A DNA stretch of 64,000 nt from a bacterium (GTDB lineage Bacteria; Hinthialibacterota; Hinthialibacteria; Hinthialibacterales; Hinthialibacteraceae), in assembly GCA_963663405.2 (NCBI GenBank), contig CAXXSM010000132.1, forward strand, positions 192,001-256,000, in the 5' to 3' direction. Numbering within the stretch: the first letter of the stretch is position 1; every line of letters begins with the position of its first letter. The translations under genes and the position numbers were made by a program. The notes under the pieces were generated by a model. That model was given only the letters and a program-made list of their open reading frames with translations, was not told where the DNA came from and did not search any database. This document shows positions 1 to 9,091 of the stretch, one piece after another.

Positions 1-2
1 CG

Positions 3-347
3 GCAAACTGCGCTCCACTCTATCCCATGTTTCATGAAGGCCTGACCGAGCCGCCGACCATTGAAACGCTGGAAGTCGTCGCCGAAGGCATCGCGATTCC
101 CACCCCGCCCCGCGCCCATCAATTACTCGAAGCGATCCGCGAAACCGATGGAACCGTGCTCGTGGTCACAGACGAGGAAGTTACACAATCCATGCGGGAC
201 CTCTGCGCAAAAGGCCTCCACGCCGAACCCACCTCCGCCGCCACCGTCGCCGCCCTGCGCCACTACACCGCCAAAGATAATGAACGGATTGTCGTTCCAT
301 TGACGGGGCATGGCTTGAAATCGAAGTTTGGTTTGGGGGTGGAGTGA
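3..347 (+). CDS. thrC: threonine synthase-like PLP enzyme, C-terminal part (5' end outside window)
   Basis: ANCAPL...VAEGIAIPTPPR...AEPTSAATVAAL...VVPLTGHGLK fold-type II PLP motifs; frame open to the window edge. Confidence 0.75.
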   Translation, partial: ANCAPLYPMFHEGLTEPPTIETLEVVAEGIAIPTPPRAHQLLEAIRETDGTVLVVTDEEVTQSMRDLCAKGLHAEPTSAATVAALRHYTAKDNERIVVPLTGHGLKSKFGLGVE

Positions 348-476
348 TGAGAGATAAATCTTCATTAGAAATTCTCAAATATTATTTTGTATATGGCGTA
401 TCTATCAAATCTCATATTATGGATTATATAATTGCATTATCGGATTCATGCAATTTGGTGAGATTGAGGATAGAAA

Positions 477-797
477 ATGGTACGAATACCCAGTCATAGA
501 GAGCCAACCCACCCCGGTGAGATGCTCCTGGAGGAATTCCTAATCCCGATGGGGATCACACAAAGAGAATTGGCTGATTCCATTCACGTTCCTTATCAGC
601 GTGTGAATGAAATTGTAAATAAAAAAAGAGGCGTTACGCCAAGCACAGCCTTGCGGTTGGCAAAATATTTCGGGATGTCTGAAGAGTTTTGGATTAACCT
701 GCAACTACGCTGGGACCTATATAAAGCAAAAAACAAAGAGTTTAATACGTTAAAGGCAATCAAACCGGCAAACATTCAACATACATCAGCCCAGTAA
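477..797 (+). CDS. higA: HigA/VapI family HTH antitoxin
   Basis: PTHPGEMLLEEFL...RVNEIVNKKRGVTPSTALRLAKYFG...FWINLQLRWDL; GAGGA RBS. Confidence 0.9.
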   Translation: MVRIPSHREPTHPGEMLLEEFLIPMGITQRELADSIHVPYQRVNEIVNKKRGVTPSTALRLAKYFGMSEEFWINLQLRWDLYKAKNKEFNTLKAIKPANIQHTSAQ

Positions 798-848
798 CGA
801 TCGTTTGAATTATGTGAAAGACAAAATAAGCAAACATGGAGCAAACCA

Positions 849-2017
849 ATGATCCCCTCATTGGAAATCAAAAACTTCCGCACGTTCGATTATCTAAAAA
901 TTGACAAACTCGCCCAGGTGAATTTGATTACAGGAAAGAACAATGTTGGGAAGACGAGTTTGTTAGAGGCGATTGCGCTTTTGAAATATGAAGGGCGGTT
1001 AAATGTAATTCAAGAATTCGGTAATATTGAAAATCGGGTCATCAATTTATTGAACACATTTTTCATGGTTATATTTTATCAAATATATGAAGAATGCCTG
1101 AAATATCAATTGGTACTAATTTAGCATCTATGAATATCCTTAAAATAATACCCTTATATGATGATAGTATAAAATGTCATTTTGGAATTAGAATTCGATT
1201 TAATAAACTCTCAGGAACATTTAGTTTTAAAAAATTAGAAGATGTTTGGATTTCTGATTGGTCATCAGATGCCTCGAAGAAATGCAATTACATATCTCCC
1301 AATGGGCTTAATTTTAAAGTATTTGAAGAAATGTGGAACGGTCTATATTGAATCTCCTTTGGAAGAGGATGTTATCAATGGGTTAAAATTGATCGTGCCT
1401 GAGATTCAACGAGTTGGACTAATTAAGGAGAAGGAATCAGTTCATTTTTACGTACCACCAAGTGGATTAAATTTAAAGATATTCAAAGATTGGTGGAACC
1501 ACCTTTGTTTATCTACTTTTGAAGACGATGTAATCAATGGATTGAAATTGATAATACCTGATATCCAACGGATTGGTCTGAAGGAGGAATATGTTAAGTT
1601 CGTTGATGAAATTCAGAGAAAATTATCTTCCATTTTAAAAGCGAAAATAGAAGGATTGGATTTTGCTGTTCCTTTAGAGAGTTTCGGTGGTGGCGTTCTC
1701 CGCGATTTTGGAATCATATTATCGAAAGACGGCGTCTTGCTGATCGATGAATTTGAAAATGGCTTACATTATTCCGTCCAACCAGAAATATGGAAATTAA
1801 TATTGACATTAGCCAAACGTCTGAATGTGCAGGTCTTTGCTACTACACATAGCTGGGACTGCATTGAAGCGTTCAAAGAGGCGACTGGGGAATGTAAGGA
1901 AGATATATCCTGTCAATTAATTCGTTTAAGCAAAAAGAATGGCAAGTTTCTTATCGACGATCTATTGACGCGGATGAACTGCCAGTGGTTACGCGGCAAA
2001 AAATTGAGGTGCGCTGA
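849..2017 (+). pseudogene. AAA_15/AAA_21 ABC-type ATPase, frameshifted at least 3 times
   Basis: Walker A GKNNVGKT, signature-like ESFGGG, Walker B LLIDEFENGLH, ATTHS; fragments 849-1124, 1094-1351, 1242-2048; family-typical end ...QKIEVR* in another frame, stop at 2015-2017. Confidence 0.8.
1289..1589 (+). repeat. diverged internal tandem duplication (period 160 bp) inside the ATPase gene
   Basis: YISPNGLNFKVFEEMWNGL/IESPLEEDVINGLKLIVPEIQRVGL vs YVPPSGLNLKIFKDWWNHLCLSTFEDDVINGLKLIIPDIQRIGL. Confidence 0.85.
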
Positions 2018-2018
2018 T

Positions 2019-2668
2019 ATGTGTAATGGAATGCCCGGTTGCTTGTAGAAGGGAAGGACGATCTACATGTATTCTGTCATCTACGCGATTATCACAATGT
2101 GCCAAAGTGTTTTGAAATAAAAGAATGTGGTGGCGCTGATGAGGTGTTAGCCAGTATCGAAAACAACCGCGAAAGCGCTACGACAAACTGGGTATCGTTA
2201 TTGACGCTGATCTGGATATAGAAAAACGTTGGAAGCAGATACAAAAACGCTTACTAGACGCAGGATATCCCCAATCCTCTATTCCTGCTAATCCCGAACC
2301 GGATGGAACAATCATTGAATCTCAAGACAATAAACTCGCCCATCGTCGGCGTTTGGATTATGCCCGACAACAAAATTCCTGGTATCCTCGAAGATTTCAT
2401 CCAATTTCTTATTCCCGAAGAGGATACTTTAATGCCCCGTGTGAATGACTGCATCGATACAATCCCTTCAGCGGAAAAGAAATTCGCAGACGCGCATATG
2501 GCCAAAGCGCAGATTCACACTTGGCTCGCATGGCAGGAAAATCCAGGTCTGCCTTTTGGAACTGCGATTACTGCAAAATTTTTGGATGCCGATCGTGATC
2601 AAGCAGGAATCTTAATCAACTGGTTGAAGCGCCTATTCCTTCCAATCCTTTCTCAAGAAACCGCCTAG
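2019..2668 (+). pseudogene. DUF3226-like TOPRIM-fold protein, frameshifted
   Basis: LLVEGKDD, LGIVIDAD (other frame), GVWIMPDN..PGILEDF, KAQIHTWLAWQENPG pieces spread over several frames, directly after the ATPase. Confidence 0.75.
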
Positions 2669-2735
2669 TTCCATATAAAAAATCATAAAAATAACACTAC
2701 TCTCTCTTGATTTTGTTATTTATCTATGATTAAAT

Positions 2736-2756
2736 ATACAAATGTTCAGTTTGTAT
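2736..2756 (+). promoter_or_regulatory. candidate repressor (LexA-like) site upstream of recA
   Basis: ATAC-N4-GTTC inside the inverted repeat ATACAAA-N7-TTTGTAT, about 30 bp before the recA start. Confidence 0.35.
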
Positions 2757-2783
2757 CATCTTTCCCATATGGAGGGGCGTATC

Positions 2784-3851
2784 GTGGCTGAGGAGATTCA
2801 AGATAAAAGCAAGGCGATCGGGCTTGCGATTTCTCAGATTGAAAAACAGTTCGGGCGCGGCTCGATTATGAAAATGGGGGATATTCCCCAGCACCGGATT
2901 CCCGTGATTTCGACCGGTTCGATTGGGCTCGATTGGGCGTTGGGAGTTGGGGGTGTGCCGCGGGGACGGGTCGTGGAGATCTATGGTCCGGAATCGTCCG
3001 GCAAGACAACCTTGGCGCAGCATATTGTCGCCGAAGCCCAGAAAGCGGGGGGCACAGCCGCGTTTATTGACGCCGAACATGCGATCGATGTCGGATACGC
3101 CGAAAAGTTGGGGGTCGATGTGGAAAATCTCCTCGTTTCGCAACCGGATACGGGCGAACAGGCGCTGGATATTGTTGAAATGCTCGTTCGAAGCGGCGCG
3201 TTGGATATCATCGTAATTGATTCCGTGGCGGCTCTTGTGCCCCAAGCGGAAATCGATGGCGAGATGGGCGATCATCAAATGGGATTGCAGGCGCGCTTGA
3301 TGTCCAAAGGGCTGCGTAAATTGACAGGACTTCTCAACAAATCCCATACATGCGCTGTTTTCATTAACCAGATCCGTGAGAAGATCGGCGTCGTATTCGG
3401 CAATCCGGAAACCACGACAGGGGGACGCGCGTTGAAATTCTATTCTTCCGTGCGTCTTGATATCCGCCGAACCAGCACAATCAAAGATAAAAACGAAGCG
3501 ACCGGCACACGGGTGAAAGTTAAAGTTGTTAAAAACAAGGTGGCTCCCCCCTTCCGGGAGGCGGAATTCGATGTCTTGTTCGGTGAAGGCATCTCCCAAA
3601 CCGGTGAATTGCTCGATCATGGAGTCGCATACAATATCATCGAAAAAAGCGGCAGCTGGTATTTATATGGGGATGATAAACTCGGACAGGGCCGTGAAAA
3701 TTCGAAGCAAACTCTCCAATCCGATCCCGCATTGTTTGAAGAGATCCGGACCAAAGTCCGCGCAGCTCTTGGTTTTGATGGCGAAAGCGTCGAAGAGGAG
3801 AGCGAACCAGAAAAAGAGAATAAATCCAAATCAAAAGCCTCAAAAAAATAA
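2784..3851 (+). CDS. recA: recombinase RecA
   Basis: [36 protein letters not shown]; GTG start after GGAGG. Confidence 0.99.
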   Translation: MAEEIQDKSKAIGLAISQIEKQFGRGSIMKMGDIPQHRIPVISTGSIGLDWALGVGGVPRGRVVEIYGPESSGKTTLAQHIVAEAQKAGGTAAFIDAEHAIDVGYAEKLGVDVENLLVSQPDTGEQALDIVEMLVRSGALDIIVIDSVAALVPQAEIDGEMGDHQMGLQARLMSKGLRKLTGLLNKSHTCAVFINQIREKIGVVFGNPETTTGGRALKFYSSVRLDIRRTSTIKDKNEATGTRVKVKVVKNKVAPPFREAEFDVLFGEGISQTGELLDHGVAYNIIEKSGSWYLYGDDKLGQGRENSKQTLQSDPALFEEIRTKVRAALGFDGESVEEESEPEKENKSKSKASKK

Positions 3852-3970
3852 TCCGGAACAATGCGGAAACGAGCCGGTTTGCGCATGTCAAAACGCGGTT
3901 ATAGTGTGTAGGAAGGACGCTTTGATTAACACCCATTCATCCTTATTGAGTGATTGGACCGCGCGCCCCG

Positions 3971-5290
3971 ATGAGCGATCTTTATGAAAAACTGAAGCGG
4001 TTTAAACAGATCGGCGCGAATGCGACGGATATTCCTGCGCCTACGGATTCTTCCCCGGTAAAACAAACTTTCCCCGAAGGGCTGCTTAACATACCCGGTG
4101 TTCTCCCCGCGTCCAAATTAGCCGCTCACAAGCAAAAGCGGGAAGAAGAAAAACACCGTGTCCTCGCAACGATGGGGGTGGAGACCATCCAAAACGAAAC
4201 CGGTTCATATGGATATCGCGAACGATCCTATCCTCTCCACGATCTCGCCTATTCCAGCCGGGATATCACTCCTAATGAACTGCGCTATTTGACGCGGGAT
4301 GAATGTCTTGAACCAGTCGAGGCTTCGGATCTCCTCTTTATTGATACGGAAACCACCGGTCTGGCGGGAGGCGCCGGCACGGTTCCATTTCTCGTGGGAA
4401 TCGGTTTTTTTGAAGAACGCTCTTTTAAAGTTTGCCAATTTTTATTACGCGATTATCACGAAGAAGAAGCGATGCTGATCGATCTGCGGCGGCGGGTGGC
4501 GCCGTTCAAAGCGGTCGCGTCGTATAATGGGAAGACATTCGATTTACCTCTTTTGCGTACGCGTTATCTTCTGCAACGCCAAACCTTTTCCTTGCCCGAT
4601 TATCCCCACTTCGACTTGTTGTATCCAGCGAGGCGTTTCTGGCGGTCCGTTCTGCCGGATTGCTCGTTGGGGACAGTCGAAGAGGAAATCTTAGGTCATA
4701 CACGCGGGGAAGATATCCCAGGGAGTTTAATCCCCCACGTGTTTTTCGATTTTCTTCGCGGTGTACGGATCGATCGTATGCGTCCCGTCTTGTCTCACAA
4801 CGCGGAAGATGTGATTTCACTCGCCATGTTAGCGGCTAAAATGTGCCGGTTATTGAGTGATCCATTACACGAGCGCATGCATGCCGCTGAATTGCTGGCG
4901 ATCGCCCGGATAATGGAAGGTGAATCTCCCAGTCTCGCCAATCATTGTCTGGAACATGCGTTATTACTACCGGATCTCTCTACAAAAATAAAACAGACCA
5001 TCGAAAAACAACTTTCTCTTTTCTACAAGCGAATGGAACGATTCGATCAGGCCGCCGCGATTTGGATACGAATGGCGGATAGGCCAGAAGACCTATTCGC
5101 GCATATCGAACTTGCAAAATATTACGAACATTATAAAAAACAGTTCCCGGAGGCTTTGGATGTCACAGAAAGAGCCCTTCAACTCATGAGGAATCTCTCT
5201 GATAATAATCCGCGGAACGACGCTTCTTTTTTACAAGCTCTTTCGCATCGCCGTGCGCGGCTGTTGCGTAAATTAAATCGTGGTTCATAA
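3971..5290 (+). CDS. YprB/MrfB-like RNase H-fold (DEDD) exonuclease with C-terminal TPR-like helices
   Basis: FIDTETTGLAGGAGT, YNGKTFDLPLL, HFDLL, HNAEDV, ELAKYYEH. Confidence 0.85.
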   Translation: MSDLYEKLKRFKQIGANATDIPAPTDSSPVKQTFPEGLLNIPGVLPASKLAAHKQKREEEKHRVLATMGVETIQNETGSYGYRERSYPLHDLAYSSRDITPNELRYLTRDECLEPVEASDLLFIDTETTGLAGGAGTVPFLVGIGFFEERSFKVCQFLLRDYHEEEAMLIDLRRRVAPFKAVASYNGKTFDLPLLRTRYLLQRQTFSLPDYPHFDLLYPARRFWRSVLPDCSLGTVEEEILGHTRGEDIPGSLIPHVFFDFLRGVRIDRMRPVLSHNAEDVISLAMLAAKMCRLLSDPLHERMHAAELLAIARIMEGESPSLANHCLEHALLLPDLSTKIKQTIEKQLSLFYKRMERFDQAAAIWIRMADRPEDLFAHIELAKYYEHYKKQFPEALDVTERALQLMRNLSDNNPRNDASFLQALSHRRARLLRKLNRGS

Positions 5291-5393
5291 TGATGGATAC
5301 TGCCGTGGTGTAAATCGTGAAATGCCCTATACTCAAGGGAACGCTGTAATGAAATGGATTCGTCAGAATATCCGATTCATGATATTATTTTAG

Positions 5394-5451
5394 ATGAAAA
5401 TGAGTTTCTATGGTTTTCTCGTTCGGGATATCTCTCGCAACTCATTTTCAT
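5394..5451. repeat. 13-bp perfect inverted repeat with 32-bp spacer upstream of the pilin-like gene
   Basis: ATGAAAATGAGTT (5394-5406) / AACTCATTTTCAT (5439-5451). Confidence 0.7.
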
Positions 5452-5544
5452 TTGCAGTTGTGATCTCGATCCTGAAGGGTTTTACGAGATACAATATAAT
5501 TTAGTCATATAACAATAGTTTAATGAACATGGGAGGTTTTACAG

Positions 5545-6120
5545 ATGAAGAGTAGAAGAGCGTTCACTTTGATTGAATTGCTTATTGTTGTCGCCATCAT
5601 TGGCATCCTGGCCGCCATCGCCGTGCCGAATTTCCTGCAGGCGCAGATTCGCGCGAAAGTGTCGCGGGTTCAGGGGGATTTTAAAGCGTTGGCGACTGCT
5701 CTTGAGATGTACCATCTCGATAACGGACGTTATATCAGCCGTCAGGGCAACATATCATGGCCTTATCGCTTCTATCCACTCACAACGCCTGTGGCCTATG
5801 TCTCCAATGGCCGCTGGCCGGATCCATTTGCGCCGGATTGGGCTGTTACACCGGATGGCGACCCAGTTAATTATTGTTATGAATCGAAAGGATGGCCTGA
5901 AGCGCCGAGTCCGTACTTAGGCAATAAACTCCGGGGCTCCCCCCACGAATTTCTGCAAGATAAAGAAGACAACTATGAATTCGCGCTCATCTCCGCCGGA
6001 CCGGATACGGATCTGAACGCTGATTCAGGAGCCAAAGGGCAGCCTCAAGATGTGTTCTTTCTTTACGACACGTCTAATGGAACCATTAGCGCCGGTGATA
6101 TTATTCGCTTTGGCCCTTAA
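5545..6120 (+). CDS. prepilin-type N-terminal cleavage/methylation protein (type IV pilin / GspG-like)
   Basis: KSRRA|FTLIELLIVVAIIGILAAIAVPNFL with Glu5; GGAGG RBS. Confidence 0.9.
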   Translation: MKSRRAFTLIELLIVVAIIGILAAIAVPNFLQAQIRAKVSRVQGDFKALATALEMYHLDNGRYISRQGNISWPYRFYPLTTPVAYVSNGRWPDPFAPDWAVTPDGDPVNYCYESKGWPEAPSPYLGNKLRGSPHEFLQDKEDNYEFALISAGPDTDLNADSGAKGQPQDVFFLYDTSNGTISAGDIIRFGP

Positions 6121-6163
6121 TCGTTGTTCATTTTGATCTAGATTGTGATGGTTTATACGTAAT

Positions 6164-6195
6164 AAAAAGGCCGGGCAGCGATTCGGCCTTTTTTT
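6164..6195 (+). terminator. intrinsic terminator
   Basis: AAAAAGGCCG-N10-CGGCCTTTTTTT hairpin plus T-tract. Confidence 0.8.
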
Positions 6196-6288
6196 CATAA
6201 TTTAATTGTAATTTTTTCTACCATGTTTATTATTAATCTTTTGTCGATGGCGTTCATTTGGGGAGCGCTTAAAAATCGATTGCAGGCG

Positions 6289-8010
6289 ATGATGAACGTT
6301 CAGAAATATACGCTTCAAGACTGGTTCCAGGCATGTGCTCTGATCATTTTGGTTGGATGTATCTGTTCTTGCGGAGACGGGGAAACCGAAACGGAAAAAC
6401 GTCCTCCAGGTTTTTACAATGAGATCGAGTCATCAGGAATCACTTTCATTCACACCGATGGCAGCTGTGGCAACCATTTTTTAGTGGAAACCGTGACCGC
6501 CGGCATGGGGCTTTTCGATTACGATAACGATGGCGATCTGGATATTTACTTCGTCAACGGCGCCGCGCTTCCAGGAAAAACGTTTGACTCCCCTCCGCAA
6601 AACGCCCTGTACCGCAACGACGGCGGGCGCCGCTTCACGGATGTGACCGAACAAGCGGGTGTGGCCGATCCATCGTATAGCATGGGCTGCGTCATGTTCG
6701 ATTATGACAACGATGGGGATCTCGACATCTATAATTCGAATTTCCGGGAGGATGTCTTTTTCCGCAATAATGGAGATGGAACCTTCACCGATGTGACACA
6801 ACAGGCCGGTTTGGGTGATCCGCGGCTAGGGGCGGGCGCCTGCGCCGCTGATTTTAATCATGATGGATGGACCGATCTTTTCGTCGCGAACTACATAGAA
6901 TGCCCGCTTGATGAACCTGCTCCCTGCAAGAGATTGGGAGTGCCTCTCTATTGTGATCCAAGCACATTCGATATGTATGAACCCCAGCAGGCCAGTCTCT
7001 ATTTTAATAACGGAGATGGAACGTTCCGGGATGTGACTGAAGAATCTGGAATCGCCGCTTTCCGTGGCCGGGGGATGGGGGTTTCTTGTACGGATTTTGA
7101 CAATGATGGTGATGTGGATATCTACATCGCCAATGACGTCACGGAAAATTTTCTGTACCGGAACGACGGCAAGGGCGTTTTTGAAGAAACCGGCCTGTTC
7201 GCGGGATTGGCGTATGATATTCACGGACACGAACAGGGCAGTATGGGATGTGACTTCGGCGATTACGATGGTGATGGCTGGTATGACCTTGCCGTGACCA
7301 GCTACCAACGCCAATTCAATACGCTCTATCACAATCTGGGGGATGGATCGTTCGAAGATGTCACCATTCCCGCAGGCGTTTCGCCTGGCAGCATGAAATA
7401 TGTAAGCTGGGCCGTTTTTTTCTTTGATTACGACAACGATGCGGATATGGATTTATTCATCGCCAACGGTCATCTGCAGGATCGTATTGAGGAACTGGAA
7501 AAACAGACAAAGTATTTCGAGCCGAATCAACTCTTTCGTAATAACAACGATGGAACCTTCACCGATATCTCTTCAGATGCCGGTCCCGGCTTCCAAGTGG
7601 AGTTAAGCACGCGCGGTGGCGCGTTTGGGGATATCGATAATGATGGGGATCTGGATATCGTTCTCTCCAATTCACGCCGGGAAGCCTCTCTCCTTATCAA
7701 TGAACTGCACAACGGCAATCATTGGATCAACATCCAGCTGCGTGGCGAAAAAAGCAACCGGGATGGTATCGGTTCAAGGGTGGAGGTTACCGCAGGGGGA
7801 AAAACGCAAGTCAATGAGATTCGCGCCGGGAGCAGCTACCAAAGTCACTACGATCTGCGCCTTCATTTCGGATTGGGCAAAGCGGAACTCATTGATGAAA
7901 TCACAATCGCCTGGCCAAACGGCCATGTTGATTCCTACCAAAATATCAAACCGGATCAATTCCTCTCACTCCACGAAGGAGCGGAGAAAATCGCCTTTCA
8001 AAGAATCTAA
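6289..8010 (+). CDS. CRTAC1/ASPIC-UnbV family FG-GAP repeat protein, possible lipoprotein
   Basis: repeated DYDNDGDLDIY / LYRNDG..F.DVT units; C-terminal NRDGIGSRVEV...LHFGLG; hydrophobic N-terminus ending CSC. Confidence 0.9.
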   Translation: MMNVQKYTLQDWFQACALIILVGCICSCGDGETETEKRPPGFYNEIESSGITFIHTDGSCGNHFLVETVTAGMGLFDYDNDGDLDIYFVNGAALPGKTFDSPPQNALYRNDGGRRFTDVTEQAGVADPSYSMGCVMFDYDNDGDLDIYNSNFREDVFFRNNGDGTFTDVTQQAGLGDPRLGAGACAADFNHDGWTDLFVANYIECPLDEPAPCKRLGVPLYCDPSTFDMYEPQQASLYFNNGDGTFRDVTEESGIAAFRGRGMGVSCTDFDNDGDVDIYIANDVTENFLYRNDGKGVFEETGLFAGLAYDIHGHEQGSMGCDFGDYDGDGWYDLAVTSYQRQFNTLYHNLGDGSFEDVTIPAGVSPGSMKYVSWAVFFFDYDNDADMDLFIANGHLQDRIEELEKQTKYFEPNQLFRNNNDGTFTDISSDAGPGFQVELSTRGGAFGDIDNDGDLDIVLSNSRREASLLINELHNGNHWINIQLRGEKSNRDGIGSRVEVTAGGKTQVNEIRAGSSYQSHYDLRLHFGLGKAELIDEITIAWPNGHVDSYQNIKPDQFLSLHEGAEKIAFQRI

Positions 8011-8145
8011 AACTTACTCAAAAATGGTGATTTTCACAGAAACCGAAAAAATCCTGCCATTTCATATTTCTTTTGCTTAAATTAACAATAATGAAGAATA
8101 TGTTTTAGATGACCAATCTATAATCCATCAAGAAGGAGAAATAGT

Positions 8146-8613
8146 ATGAAAACGATCGTAAGACAATACTTTGGCGCGCATTCAAAGATCCATACTAGCG
8201 TGATTGCGATTCTGCTTTTTGTATTGGCGCTCACCCTTATTGGCGCGCCAGCGGATAAACCAGCCAATTCAGCGGAACCCACAAAATTGGCGGTGATCTG
8301 GAGCAGCGGGGATCCATACGTCGCGCATCGCGTCTGTCTCATGTACACGCACGCCGCGAAAAGAAATCAATGGTTTGATGAAGTGAAATTGATCATCTGG
8401 GGGCCGTCGGCTAAATTATTTGTGGAAAATGAGGATCTGCAGAACAAAATAGCGGATATGCAAAAAGACGGCGTCATCGTTCAAGCCTGCATCTCCTGCG
8501 CCAACGCTTATGGAGTGACGGACGATATCCGGAAACATGGTATTGAAGTAAAAGGAATGGGCAAACCACTGACTGAAATGCTTCAAAGTGATTGGAAAGT
8601 TCTAACATTTTAG
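8146..8613 (+). CDS. DsrE family protein with N-terminal signal/TM segment
   Basis: LIIWGPSAKL, VQACISCA, MGKPLTEML..WKVLTF; AAGGAG RBS. Confidence 0.8.
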   Translation: MKTIVRQYFGAHSKIHTSVIAILLFVLALTLIGAPADKPANSAEPTKLAVIWSSGDPYVAHRVCLMYTHAAKRNQWFDEVKLIIWGPSAKLFVENEDLQNKIADMQKDGVIVQACISCANAYGVTDDIRKHGIEVKGMGKPLTEMLQSDWKVLTF

Positions 8614-8711
8614 TTTGAGAGAAAGTACAATTTTGGGGATTTTTAGTCATAACAAACGTTGCAGATTTTGTTGTCAGGCAAGGATGATTTTATTTGAAAA
8701 ACATCGTTAAA

Positions 8712-8936
8712 TCAACAATTCCGGGTTATCGGCCATTCTCTGTCCGGAACATCAACTGTAATCATCTCAGCGTCAGCCTCAAATGGTATGGAAGTATCCA
8801 GCATATCTTCCGCGCCGATTTGAAGCGATTTTATCAACTGATCTTGGGTTCTTTCCTGCGCGTTCACGCCCGGCAGATCGACTAACCAGCCAATCCACCA
8901 ACCATCGATTTCTTTGATTATCGCCCGGTATTTCAT
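8712..8936 (-). CDS. HicB-like antitoxin (RNase H-fold only)
   Basis: MKYRAIIKEIDGWWIGWLVDLPGVNAQERT. Confidence 0.75.
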   Translation of the reverse strand: MKYRAIIKEIDGWWIGWLVDLPGVNAQERTQDQLIKSLQIGAEDMLDTSIPFEADAEMITVDVPDREWPITRNC

Positions 8937-9091
8937 ATTTATCTCACAAATGAATGTTTGAATCCTAACCGCTTATTCGATCATTGTACATGATTTCGAT
9001 TGTAGACGAGTGTCAAAGAAAAAAAAATTGTTGAATTTCCTTCCTGACTGGTTAGGATTCTTATAATAAATCCCAATTTGGAGATAAGGCT

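Noticed and set aside
2730-3620. 296-aa ORF on the - strand
   Set aside because: Antisense shadow of recA.
6500-7670. recurring GAT/AAC-rich nucleotide repeats
   Set aside because: These are coding FG-GAP repeats of the CRTAC1-like protein, not a CRISPR array or DGR.
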